From contig OZ252239.1 of NCBI GenBank assembly GCA_965249485.1, forward strand, positions 2,752,001-2,816,000: 64,000 nt of DNA. Direction: 5' to 3'. Both the position numbers and the translations under genes were made by a program. Below the pieces are notes generated by a model, which made no database searches, was not told the origin of the DNA, and saw only the letters and a list, made by a program, of their open reading frames with translations. Positions 52,278 through 62,256 of the stretch are shown here, one piece after another; position 1 is the stretch's first letter, and each line of letters opens with the position of its first letter. Source of the DNA: a bacterium (GTDB lineage: Bacteria; SM23-31).

Positions 52278-53114
52278 CTAAATACCGGAAAGCAGAAACT
52301 TAAAGTAGAAATATGCAAATGGACTGACAAAGATGAGGCTGTCGAATCGGTCAAGAAAACCACCGTGCCCCGGCAGGATGGCAGATGATTCCTTAGTATT
52401 CATCTGCCGTTTAAAAAAAGATGCTACTATATCACCTAACTGTCCAGTAATTCCTATAATAACACCAATAACTAAAGCATGAAAAACAGGTAATTCTGTA
52501 CAATAATATTCACTTGATACATAAAAAACAGCCATTGCTCCAATGAATCCGCCGATGCCGCCTTCAACCGTTTTTTTGGGGCTGACGCGGGGAAAAAGCT
52601 TATGAGAACCGAATAACTTACCCACAAAATAGGCAAACATATCCAGCACCCAAATGCTTCCGAATATTGTTACTGCAATTTTTCCACCCGTATCATACCC
52701 GGACTGGAACGGAAATTCACGTAATAGTAAGAAACTGCCAAGGAAGAGCGGTACATACAGTGTCGTAACACATCGATATGATATTTCTTCAAGTTTATTT
52801 GGTTTATTTACTAAAGCCGCAAACACCAGTAGAACAATGAAATATATCAGGAGAAACAGGAAAATCCGGGACGTTCCATTTAGATACAACTCAACAAGTG
52901 TTCCCAGAGCAAATAGATATCCTAGAAGTTCAAATTTTGCAAATCCTTTCGCTGAGCCAATCACTTGAAATTCCAGCAGCGAAAAAACTATAATTATTGC
53001 TATGAGTGTAAAAAAATACCAACCACCTGCAAAGGCACTTAGAAGAATCAGCGGACCGCCTACAAAACTGACAATCCACCGGTTGCGAAGATTTTTATCC
53101 CAGGATAAGCTCAT
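52278..53114 (-). CDS. cdsA: Phosphatidate cytidylyltransferase
   Basis: D..AYFVG, SPKKTVEG, GD...S..KR, LPGHGGFLDRFDS. Confidence 0.93.
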   Translation of the reverse strand: MSLSWDKNLRNRWIVSFVGGPLILLSAFAGGWYFFTLIAIIIVFSLLEFQVIGSAKGFAKFELLGYLFALGTLVELYLNGTSRIFLFLLIYFIVLLVFAALVNKPNKLEEISYRCVTTLYVPLFLGSFLLLREFPFQSGYDTGGKIAVTIFGSIWVLDMFAYFVGKLFGSHKLFPRVSPKKTVEGGIGGFIGAMAVFYVSSEYYCTELPVFHALVIGVIIGITGQLGDIVASFFKRQMNTKESSAILPGHGGFLDRFDSLIFVSPFAYFYFKFLLSGI

Positions 53115-53233
53115 AAGATATAACGCACCCCATTTGTGTAATTAGCACGTTTTAAATATAAGGGATTTATACTTCTATTGAAAGCATAAAATAGGTGAGA
53201 ATTCTTAACCGTAATGCACGTATTCCCCAAAAC

Positions 53234-54058
53234 TCATTTAAATAGAAGAGCAATTAAGCCGAATATCATTCCGATTTTCAAAATATTATTTATCCGGTGC
53301 ATGTGGGATGGATCCTGCGCAGTCCAACTCATAAATATAACAGCGATGATAAGTAAATCGACTCCTACAACTGCAATAAGTAAATACAGCAGACTGTAAT
53401 CAAGAAAAATATAAGGAATGAGTGTTGCTACTATTACTACACTGAAAATTATATTAGCTGCTATTACAGCAGCTTTATTACCATATTTTATCGGAAATGT
53501 TTTAATATCCTGTTGGCGGTCGCCTTTTCGATCTTCAACATCTTTGAGTACTTCACGTCCTAAATGATAGAGTGATGCAAAAACGGCAGGAATTATCGCA
53601 TATTGCATTCCCTTTCCTGCTGCAGCTCCAAATAGAAAAGTAAATCCTGACAAGACCGCAATCAGTATATTGCCAAGCAGAACAATTCGTTTTACATAAA
53701 TGTTGTAGAGCATTACTACTGCAACAGCCATACTTGCAATAATGGCCGCCTGCTTATTGATGAACATACTGAGAATCATACCTGAACATAAAAAGCTGAC
53801 TCCCATTAGCACCATTATTGAGCCTGGAATCTTCCCCGATGCATAAGGTCTATAAGGTTTGTTAATCTGATCAATTGTGCAATCAAAGTAGTCATTCCAA
53901 ACATTGCCTCCCGCACAAATGAACGCTGCGGCCATGCAAGCATAATACATGTGTATTGTAATATTCAGCCCCGAGCTGAAATAGTAACCTACCCATGCAG
54001 AAACAGCCGCAAGAAGAGCATTCACCGGACGAGTTGAATATATAAGAGATTTTATCAT
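53234..54058 (-). CDS. UbiA prenyltransferase, DGGGP synthase-like
   Basis: RPVN, NDYFD..ID.INKP.RP..SG, GNILIA, GREVLKDVED..GD. Confidence 0.8.
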   Translation of the reverse strand: MIKSLIYSTRPVNALLAAVSAWVGYYFSSGLNITIHMYYACMAAAFICAGGNVWNDYFDCTIDQINKPYRPYASGKIPGSIMVLMGVSFLCSGMILSMFINKQAAIIASMAVAVVMLYNIYVKRIVLLGNILIAVLSGFTFLFGAAAGKGMQYAIIPAVFASLYHLGREVLKDVEDRKGDRQQDIKTFPIKYGNKAAVIAANIIFSVVIVATLIPYIFLDYSLLYLLIAVVGVDLLIIAVIFMSWTAQDPSHMHRINNILKIGMIFGLIALLFK

Positions 54059-54067
54059 GACTATAAT

Positions 54068-55864
54068 TTAAAACGCATTTTGTACAGTAAAATGGATCTT
54101 TCCATCGCTGAAGTCATCCTGTGTACTTAATCCGAAATCAAATCCTACCATTCCGACTCGGGAATCTGTCCTGAATCCAAAACCGTACCCAAACTTATTG
54201 TGCGAATTTTCGCCTTGATTTTGAAAAAAACCGCCATCGAAAAAGAGAAACAGACGTGAATCACGACTGTTTAGATAGCGCAACTCTAAATTATACCAGG
54301 CAATTTTACTTGAGAGAAACTGCTTTTCCCGGAATCCCCGGAGCGAACGGCTGCCTCCCAGATACCATTGTTCACTAATAGGCACTCTTTGCTCAGATGA
54401 TGTTGTTTGATTCCATGCTCCATGCAGATACGTGACAAGACGCCTTTGTAACGGATACGCCAGCTCAAAATCGGCATTTATCTTCTTATCGGTCACATTA
54501 TCATTATCAATATTATTTTCAGAGTTCAGTTTTCTTTTTTGATGCGTTACACTTGTTGTATATAAGATCCCTTTTCGAGGATTCAATCTGTAATCAAGTT
54601 TATTATACGATATTCCTGCCTGTATCAGTGTTCCGGTACTATTTGACAAATCGAATTCACTTTTGGCTATTTCTTCAGCGATAACCATTTCGGTTCCGAT
54701 TGATAGATAAGCTTGAAGCGCACTGCTTAATTGATAACCCGAACGCAGCATAAATGCACGTTTAATATAGCTCGAATCCTGAAGTGATTGTTCAAATTGC
54801 ACGCTTAAGAACAACGGAATCCCTGCTACCCAAGGTTCTTCATAAAAGACACGAAGTTTTTGAGAAGATTTATCAAGTTTCTGCCACTCACCTTGAAATC
54901 TTCTGCCCGATCCAAACAAATTACCTAAATCCATTGTAAATGTACCGATATAATAACCGTTTGTACCGAAAGCAGAAGGTATATATCCGATAAGACCGCT
55001 GAAATTGTTCGATTTTCTTTCAGATACTTCATAGCTTAGGATCGATTTCCCATTCTCAGCTTCAAAAAGTTCAGGCATTTGCACATCAGACAAATAGTGT
55101 AACTGTGATAAATAATCATGTGACTGTTCAATATCCTGAGCGCGAAAAGAATCTCCGACTTTAATTCTTCCTTCACGAATTACTACCTTTTGCTGAGTAT
55201 ACTCAAGTCCTTTCACGATAATAGAATCAATTTTTACAAAATTGTTTTTCGATATAACAAACTCAACATCAACATGTTTTTCTCTTAAACCATCACTTGA
55301 GGTTATATTCAATAACCTATTATTAATTAAGCTATAAGGATAACCAACATCTTCATAATAGCTTGTAATTCTTTCTGCGGTATTCTCTATCAAATTTTGC
55401 GTGAAAACCATGTTGGGATCAGGCAAAAGATCTTCAATATCTTTATATTCTTCTTCAAAAATCCCAGAAAATGTAACCGACCCAATTAGAAAAACACTTC
55501 CTTCAGTAAGGTAAACATTCGCCTTGTAATCGTCACGATCAGCATTATGTATCAATGAAACCGAATCAATAACAGCCGCAATATAACCAAGTTCATAGTA
55601 GGAATTTAGCAACTTTGTAATCGCATTTCTAAAATCTCGCAATCGAAAAGTACCCGGCAAAGCTATCGAAACCAATGAAACCAATTCTTCTTCAGAAAGC
55701 AATGTATTTCCCGTTATCGAAAGAGTTCCGATTGTGATTGTTTCTTCCTGAGCAATTAGTTCTGAATAATGAATGCAAAGGATAAACAATATACTGATCA
55801 AAAAGTAAGCAGATTTAAAATAGTATCTGCATTTCTGCCCGTATTGTATGAAACGTCCTATCAT
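54068..55864 (-). CDS. BamA/TamA (Omp85) family outer-membrane protein
   Basis: POTRA-like segments, NLFGSGR, LGGSRSLRGF, GYGFGFR, C-terminal F; start uncertain (ORF track extends to 55933). Confidence 0.85.
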   Translation of the reverse strand: MIGRFIQYGQKCRYYFKSAYFLISILFILCIHYSELIAQEETITIGTLSITGNTLLSEEELVSLVSIALPGTFRLRDFRNAITKLLNSYYELGYIAAVIDSVSLIHNADRDDYKANVYLTEGSVFLIGSVTFSGIFEEEYKDIEDLLPDPNMVFTQNLIENTAERITSYYEDVGYPYSLINNRLLNITSSDGLREKHVDVEFVISKNNFVKIDSIIVKGLEYTQQKVVIREGRIKVGDSFRAQDIEQSHDYLSQLHYLSDVQMPELFEAENGKSILSYEVSERKSNNFSGLIGYIPSAFGTNGYYIGTFTMDLGNLFGSGRRFQGEWQKLDKSSQKLRVFYEEPWVAGIPLFLSVQFEQSLQDSSYIKRAFMLRSGYQLSSALQAYLSIGTEMVIAEEIAKSEFDLSNSTGTLIQAGISYNKLDYRLNPRKGILYTTSVTHQKRKLNSENNIDNDNVTDKKINADFELAYPLQRRLVTYLHGAWNQTTSSEQRVPISEQWYLGGSRSLRGFREKQFLSSKIAWYNLELRYLNSRDSRLFLFFDGGFFQNQGENSHNKFGYGFGFRTDSRVGMVGFDFGLSTQDDFSDGKIHFTVQNAF

Positions 55865-58800
55865 GTCGAGTTTTTCTGTTCCCCAAATAATTAAATGATG
55901 TATTGAAATTCTGTGTTGTTCTGTAATTGACATTCAGAGACCACACATAGTTGTTTCCAGGTTGATTTCCTTCCGCAAAATCAAATGGAAGATAGTCTCC
56001 CTGTCTTGACCGGACATGAAACCATTGCACATCTCCTGTGATTCTTCCTGTTCTAAAGAATCCTCTTTCAAACGATGGTTTCAAGGTAAAATAGGACACA
56101 TGTGCAAACTCACTGATACTGTCCGTTTGTCGTGCAACCGAAGTAACAATAGCCAATCTCCAGCTCTGGGATGGACGCATAGTAAGCGTCACATCACCTT
56201 TAATAGTCTTTAAATTGTGATTTAAAAGTGCATTATTCACAACATTTTTGAATAACCGGTTATATTCAACCGTGGATTCAAGCGTTGTGGACGAATGTAT
56301 TCTTGAACGCATACGAAAAGAGTGCTCAAAAGTGTCCCTCGTCTCACTCCGTGCAATAAACTGATTGTTATCGGTCTTTCTAATCACATTTCTTATTCTC
56401 ACATTAAATCCTTCTTGCTTTTCAAATAGAAAAAGGTCCTGATTAATGTTGAAAAGGCGAAAAACAGGATTGCGATTTGATGGAGTATTGGTACTTTCAC
56501 TTTCATCTTCTGTATTATTTTCATATCTCACAATCGTTGTTGATCTTAAATATTCGAGAAATTGAAACAATTTACTGAGATTTTTCATTCTTACAGGATT
56601 GAAATTAAGTGTAACACCGACTTTTTCACGCTCTACACCTATCAATTTATCAATTGTGAAAGTTCTGAGTCGAAAGGTACCATTCTGATCTGGTATATAC
56701 TCCTGACTCCTTTCATCAAATGAAAACGAACCCTCACCCTCATTGACCGACAAAAACACTTGCTCCTTTTGCGGTATTTTCTCACGGGACATCTGAATAT
56801 CCATTTTTGCTTTAACAGCTCCATCCAGAAAGGATGATTGTGTTTTCAAATCAGCCAGATTAGTATGAATTTTCAGATTATTTTCATGCAGAGTCCGCAC
56901 TCTGCGTACTACATTAAAGCGGGAATAAAATCCCGTATTTTGCTTGTATTCGAGAAAAAATGATTTGTTTTCTGCTTTTGAATATGGCTGCAAAATTCCG
57001 CTTCTGTAACGCTCATCATTTCGAACCTGAAAAATCCCATACATAGTCAAATTTGTATCCCGGTCATACTGAAGTTTCCCTGAAACATCATTAAATCCAA
57101 ATCCTTGCTCTTTTAGTTCTGTATTATTTTTCGATTCACGTTCGAATACAACTGAAGGAGTAAATCCATGTACCCTATACGAAGCTGTACCTTTTTGCCT
57201 GAGCCAATCCTGCGCAATACCGTCATTCTCACTCGCAATATTTTCAATCCGGTACTGCATTACCGGTAAAACCGTATTTTGAATGGCTACCAAAACAGAC
57301 TGCCGATTGGAATTGAACCGATCTGACAATTTTAAAGAGCCAAGTGAAGGACGTATTGTCACTGAGTTAACCGGCTTGTAATCTGCCTCAATTTCGACAA
57401 TACGCTCTCCTGATATTGTTTGTTCAGTTAAGTCCCATTGTCGGTCAAATTCAACCTGTGTTTTTCTGTCTAACGAATTGAATCGTTTATCGGTTTTTCT
57501 GATTTTTGCCGTGACAGAAGCAGTTCCCAGTGATGACCCAAAAAGCTTTACATTTGATGGTATTATACCTAGCTCTAAAGCTACCGCACTTCCATTGTTG
57601 TCATTATCGTCTTTACCTGACAGAATGTTATTGTCTAAAGTCGATAATGCATATTCCGCATTAAAATGCACCGGTACTTTACCGTCACGGAAACCCAATG
57701 AAACATTTGCCACAGAATGAGACTTTGGCAGCGGTAAAACCACTGCAGGAGTGTAGCTACCCTGATTTTCCCCTACATAGCTATAAACACCGATGCGTTC
57801 AAACTCATAATCACCATTACTGTCGCCAACATTAGAAAACTGTACTCTGTAATCTGCCGAGTCCGCATATTCAAAATATTCAATTTGTCCATCTACGACT
57901 TTTTTGTATGTTCCTTGCCCGTCACCTACAAAACGTATACTCTTTTCTGCAGATAGTATGGGATTATCACCTGCACTTGCTAATGTTGTCAAATCAGATT
58001 CGGAAAAACTTCCGATTTGCGGATTATCCTTATTATCACCTTCTCTCATAATCGAGGCACTATACGTAAATCCCGCGTCTTGCACCTTATTCGTTATTCC
58101 AACAGAATAAAAACTATTTTTGAAATTTCCGTCACTATAATGAAAATCGATAACAATCCGGCTGTCACCGGTGATAAGCCTGTTTCGGGTGAACGTAATT
58201 TGAGCAGAAGCATAATCGATTACGTAATCATTATCCTCTCCCCGCACCATCACATTTCCGTCAATATATACCTTTTCCGTTCCTGCTAATACAATAATTC
58301 CGCGTTCAGTGTTTTTTCCTGTTAGTAAATATGGTCCCTGATTTCCTTCCAATCCCAACATTCGCATACTTCGAAACTGTCCCTCTGAAGTTGCAAAAGC
58401 AAAGGACACATCATTATTCTTATATTCCGATTGCAGCGATACACCCGTCATTTTTTTTGAAACCGATGCAAATTGCCCACCCGATTTGCTCAAATAAAAA
58501 TCCCCGAACCGCGAAACTATACCCGGACCTGTAATATCGATATACACATTATCAATCTCATTGAGTGTCTTTGTGTTACCTTCCGGTTGCAAAGGGACAT
58601 TTTGATCGGTCAATACTGCCTTGAGCTCATAATTATTTCCTAACTTCCCTCTAATTTGCATATTGAGACCGGACTTCAGTTCTAAACCAGAATTCGAACC
58701 AATGGCAAAAGAGCGGGTTAAGCTCCCGCTTTTAAAGAGTGAAGGTGCTATTAATCTCTCATCCGTAGTTTCTGAAGAAGGTTTTATGACTGATTGTCCT

Positions 58801-59195
58801 TTTTCGGTCGAGTCACTTAGGAGATACACCTTGTGTCTTTTCGCGTATGAGTAGTCATTGGCAAATGGGACTTTATAGGTATGCAAAATGAGAAATGAAC
58901 CAATAACCGGAGAAGATTCAACAACAATCTGGTTTTTTTCTATCAAATACTTATAGTGGACAGGAAAAGTCGAATCTTGATAGACAATATATGCAGTATC
59001 AATCTGGATAATAGAGGGAGCGACGGAAAAAATAGAATCGTGCTGAGTAACTGCAATCGAATCCACGTGCAGGTATTGGCTAATTTTTTGTGTGATTGTG
59101 AGGGATTGAGCAGACACCTTTTCATTGAGCATGTTAAAAATCAACAATGCGACAAAACAGATCAATAAAGGATTTTTGTGATGAATTTTGCTCAT
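55815..59195 (-). CDS. Large exported protein, probable outer-membrane beta-barrel of unknown function
   Basis: Signal peptide ending SAQ; SGSLTRSF.IG, LTDQNVPLQPEGNT, DYVIDY; amphipathic strands; C-terminal Phe. Confidence 0.75.
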   Translation of the reverse strand: MSKIHHKNPLLICFVALLIFNMLNEKVSAQSLTITQKISQYLHVDSIAVTQHDSIFSVAPSIIQIDTAYIVYQDSTFPVHYKYLIEKNQIVVESSPVIGSFLILHTYKVPFANDYSYAKRHKVYLLSDSTEKGQSVIKPSSETTDERLIAPSLFKSGSLTRSFAIGSNSGLELKSGLNMQIRGKLGNNYELKAVLTDQNVPLQPEGNTKTLNEIDNVYIDITGPGIVSRFGDFYLSKSGGQFASVSKKMTGVSLQSEYKNNDVSFAFATSEGQFRSMRMLGLEGNQGPYLLTGKNTERGIIVLAGTEKVYIDGNVMVRGEDNDYVIDYASAQITFTRNRLITGDSRIVIDFHYSDGNFKNSFYSVGITNKVQDAGFTYSASIMREGDNKDNPQIGSFSESDLTTLASAGDNPILSAEKSIRFVGDGQGTYKKVVDGQIEYFEYADSADYRVQFSNVGDSNGDYEFERIGVYSYVGENQGSYTPAVVLPLPKSHSVANVSLGFRDGKVPVHFNAEYALSTLDNNILSGKDDNDNNGSAVALELGIIPSNVKLFGSSLGTASVTAKIRKTDKRFNSLDRKTQVEFDRQWDLTEQTISGERIVEIEADYKPVNSVTIRPSLGSLKLSDRFNSNRQSVLVAIQNTVLPVMQYRIENIASENDGIAQDWLRQKGTASYRVHGFTPSVVFERESKNNTELKEQGFGFNDVSGKLQYDRDTNLTMYGIFQVRNDERYRSGILQPYSKAENKSFFLEYKQNTGFYSRFNVVRRVRTLHENNLKIHTNLADLKTQSSFLDGAVKAKMDIQMSREKIPQKEQVFLSVNEGEGSFSFDERSQEYIPDQNGTFRLRTFTIDKLIGVEREKVGVTLNFNPVRMKNLSKLFQFLEYLRSTTIVRYENNTEDESESTNTPSNRNPVFRLFNINQDLFLFEKQEGFNVRIRNVIRKTDNNQFIARSETRDTFEHSFRMRSRIHSSTTLESTVEYNRLFKNVVNNALLNHNLKTIKGDVTLTMRPSQSWRLAIVTSVARQTDSISEFAHVSYFTLKPSFERGFFRTGRITGDVQWFHVRSRQGDYLPFDFAEGNQPGNNYVWSLNVNYRTTQNFNTSFNYLGNRKTRHDRTFHTIRAEMQILF

Positions 59196-59196
59196 T

Positions 59197-60111
59197 CTAC
59201 TGATACGCGACACCGAATCGTATAACTTGACCGCTCAGATAGTCCAATATGTATATTTTATTATTGGAATATGCAGCATCTATGGGAGTATGTAATGCCG
59301 GGTGTTGTATCTGCCCTACAGAACGGCCTTGAATGTCAAATACTGAGACAACAGCCTTGTTAGTTTCACAAACATAAATAAATCCTTGTTCATCAATTGT
59401 AAAACCTGCAGGATTTTCTATTTGGTTCGTACCAATGCTGAAATTGTAATTGCCAAAAATATCATAGACAAGAATTTCATTCAATCCCGCATCAGAAATA
59501 TATACTATATCGTTTTCAGAAATAATGATTTTTACCGGATCAATAAGAGGTCTTCCCAGATCATTAAATCCCCCAAAAGTACCTTCAAAAATTCCAATAG
59601 CAGAAAACTTCAGGATCCTATTATTCTCTCCTTCTACTACAAATAGATCTCCCTGGCGTGACCTGGCAACACTTACAGGATATTGCATCTCTACATTCTC
59701 GTCAACTTCTCTTGACAATGGACTTTCCGAAATTATATTCAGATTACTATCATAGAGAAGAATCCTGTGATTGTTTTTATCTGCGACATAGACATGAAGT
59801 GCATCTTGTGCCCATATTGAAACAGGCTCATCAAACTGTGCCTCATTCCACCCGAATCCTCCTGCAAATTTTAACAATTTCCCTTCTGAAGAGAAGTACT
59901 GTATTCTGTTGTTTCCTGTATCAGCTACATAAATGTTACCGGACAAACTTACGGATATTCCAGAGGGAGCATTCAATGAACCGGGTTCAATCCCATTACC
60001 ACCGCTGGTAGATTCAAATTTGAATTGCAGAGTCTGCCAGGCATATGCCGGTGCAGCAATAATGAAAAGAATAACATACACGAAGATGATGATCGCATTA
60101 CGCTTGATCAT
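59197..60111 (-). CDS. Exported NHL-repeat beta-propeller protein
   Basis: Signal peptide ending AYA; repeated P.GI...GNIYVADTGNNRIQ units. Confidence 0.88.
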   Translation of the reverse strand: MIKRNAIIIFVYVILFIIAAPAYAWQTLQFKFESTSGGNGIEPGSLNAPSGISVSLSGNIYVADTGNNRIQYFSSEGKLLKFAGGFGWNEAQFDEPVSIWAQDALHVYVADKNNHRILLYDSNLNIISESPLSREVDENVEMQYPVSVARSRQGDLFVVEGENNRILKFSAIGIFEGTFGGFNDLGRPLIDPVKIIISENDIVYISDAGLNEILVYDIFGNYNFSIGTNQIENPAGFTIDEQGFIYVCETNKAVVSVFDIQGRSVGQIQHPALHTPIDAAYSNNKIYILDYLSGQVIRFGVAYQ

Positions 60112-60251
60112 AAATATACCATGAAATATGTTTGAGAGTGTATCTTTTTGGTATTCAACCATAAAAGCGTGAAATACGTTCCACTATGTACAAACCTTAT
60201 AATTCTATAGCAGTAAGGGGAAGCGACATTGTCATTTTTTAATATGAAAAC

Positions 60252-60281
60252 AAAAAAGCCCCGATAATAATCGAGGCTTTT
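60252..60281 (-). terminator. Intrinsic, possibly bidirectional terminator after frr
   Basis: AAAAGCCTCGAT-TATT-ATCGGGGCTTTTTT. Confidence 0.8.
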
Positions 60282-60297
60282 GAAAAAATCATAGTTG

Positions 60298-60855
60298 TTA
60301 AACTTGCATTACTTCGGCTTCTTTTTTATCAACTATCTCATCTATTTTTGTAATAGCATTGTCAGTAGCTTTCTGGGTTTCTTCTTGAGCACGGTACAGC
60401 TCATCTTCAGGAATTTCTTTGTTTTTGAGCATCTTTTTCAACTTATCGTTAACATCCCGTCTGACATTACGAACCGATATTTTCCCATCTTCCCCAAACT
60501 TCTTCACAAGCTTCACCAACTCTTTTCTGCGCTCCTCGGTGAGTTGTGGAATTGCAATTCGTATTAAGAGTCCGTCGTTTGTAGGATTTAGACCCAAATC
60601 CGATTTCATAATCGCTTTTTCAATCTCATTCATCAACCCTTTATCCCATGGCTGCACAGTCAATAGACGGACTTCCGGAGTGCTGATAGATGCAACCTGA
60701 TTCAACGGCATCATTTGTCCGTAGCACTCTACTTTGACATTATCTAATAGCGCTGTTGTTGCTTTTCCAGTTCTGATATGAATCAATTCATTGTGGACGG
60801 TCTGGATAGCTTTTTCCATGTTTTCTTTGGCATGTTGAATCTGCTCGTTAACCAT
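60298..60855 (-). CDS. frr: Ribosome recycling factor
   Basis: IRTGKA, QPWD, LGLNP, LTEERRKELVK, RNVRRD. Confidence 0.97.
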   Translation of the reverse strand: MVNEQIQHAKENMEKAIQTVHNELIHIRTGKATTALLDNVKVECYGQMMPLNQVASISTPEVRLLTVQPWDKGLMNEIEKAIMKSDLGLNPTNDGLLIRIAIPQLTEERRKELVKLVKKFGEDGKISVRNVRRDVNDKLKKMLKNKEIPEDELYRAQEETQKATDNAITKIDEIVDKKEAEVMQV

Positions 60856-61576
60856 GGTGTTCGCCTCTCACAATTGTACCTATATTTTCTCCTTGTATAA
60901 TTTTCAAGAAATTTCCCGATTCTGTGAAATTAAATATTCTGACCGGAACATCGTTGTCCATTGAAAGTGTAATAGCAGTCGTGTCCATTACTTTCAATCC
61001 CTTACTGACAACATCTAAATAGGTAAGCTCCTCATATAGAAACGCATTTTTGTTTTTTTCAGGATCAGAATCATACACACCGTCCACTCTCGTACCTTTG
61101 AGAATAATATCAGCATCAAGCTCAACTGCCCTAAGCGCTGCAGCAGTATCAGTTGTGAAATTTGGATTGCCTGTTCCAGCGGCAATGATAACTACTCTTT
61201 TTTTCTCAAGATGGCGAAGTGCCCTTCTCCGTATAAATGGTTCTGCTATTTGCTCGACATTGATTGCCGAACAAACCCGTGTATCAACATTTAGCTGCTC
61301 TAGATGATCCTGAAGTGCAATAGAATTGATAATTGTGGCGAGCATGCCCATATTATCGCCTGTGAGTCGCTCCATGCCCTTGGCAGCAGCATCGAGTCCA
61401 CGAACAATATTTCCGCCACCAACAATAATACCAAGACCGACACCTAAATCGTGCACATCTTTGATTTCTGAGGCGACAGAGTGCATAACTTCCGGATCAA
61501 TGCCGAAATGTTTCGACCCGGCCAGAAGCTCTCCACTTACTTTCAATATTACACGATTATAGCGTGCGGATGACAT
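60848..61576 (-). CDS. pyrH: UMP kinase
   Basis: LKVSGE, GGGNI.RG, D.MGMLAT, FTTDTAAALRA. Confidence 0.97.
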   Translation of the reverse strand: MSSARYNRVILKVSGELLAGSKHFGIDPEVMHSVASEIKDVHDLGVGLGIIVGGGNIVRGLDAAAKGMERLTGDNMGMLATIINSIALQDHLEQLNVDTRVCSAINVEQIAEPFIRRRALRHLEKKRVVIIAAGTGNPNFTTDTAAALRAVELDADIILKGTRVDGVYDSDPEKNKNAFLYEELTYLDVVSKGLKVMDTTAITLSMDNDVPVRIFNFTESGNFLKIIQGENIGTIVRGEHHG

Positions 61577-61632
61577 GGATTTGAGATTAAGAATTTGTAC
61601 TGGTTTGTAAAGAAATTAAGGAGGAATAAAAA

Positions 61633-62235
61633 CTAATTATCTTCTCCGAGTCTGTATCTTACAAAACGTGATATTTGAACATTTTCACCCAGTTTGGACT
61701 TGTAATCCATAACAAGATCGTTCACTGTCAGACTGGAATCTTTTATATATACCTGCTCAAGCAAACACACTTCTTTATAGTATTTCTCTAATTTGCCAAG
61801 TGCGATTTTTTCAATAATATTTTCTGGTTTTTTTTCGTTTCGTGCCTGATTTTTGTAGATTTCAAGCTCATGATTGATATCTTCTTGATTAAGATCTTCA
61901 CGCCGAATTACACTTGGATTCGAAGCTGCAATTTGCATGGCCAAATCGCGTGAGAGTGCTTTAAATACATCTGTTTTTGCAACAAAATCAGTTTCGCAAT
62001 TTAGTTCAACGAGTACGCCCAATCTGCTTCCTGGATGAATGTACGCTTCGATTATGCCTTCTTTTGCTGCTTTTCCAGCTCTCTTTTCGCCTTTTGCTCT
62101 TCCTTTGGTGCGAAGGACATCAATTGCTCTTTCTATATCTCCATCAGCCTCGATAAGCGCCTGTTTACAGTCCATCATACCGACACCGGTCTTCTCACGT
62201 AATTCCTTCACAAGTGCTGCACTAATATCAGCCAT
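61633..62235 (-). CDS. tsf: Elongation factor Ts (short form)
   Basis: VKELREKTG.GMMDCK, ELNCETDFVA. Confidence 0.97.
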   Translation of the reverse strand: MADISAALVKELREKTGVGMMDCKQALIEADGDIERAIDVLRTKGRAKGEKRAGKAAKEGIIEAYIHPGSRLGVLVELNCETDFVAKTDVFKALSRDLAMQIAASNPSVIRREDLNQEDINHELEIYKNQARNEKKPENIIEKIALGKLEKYYKEVCLLEQVYIKDSSLTVNDLVMDYKSKLGENVQISRFVRYRLGEDN

Positions 62236-62256
62236 CTGAAAAATACTCCTGATTTC

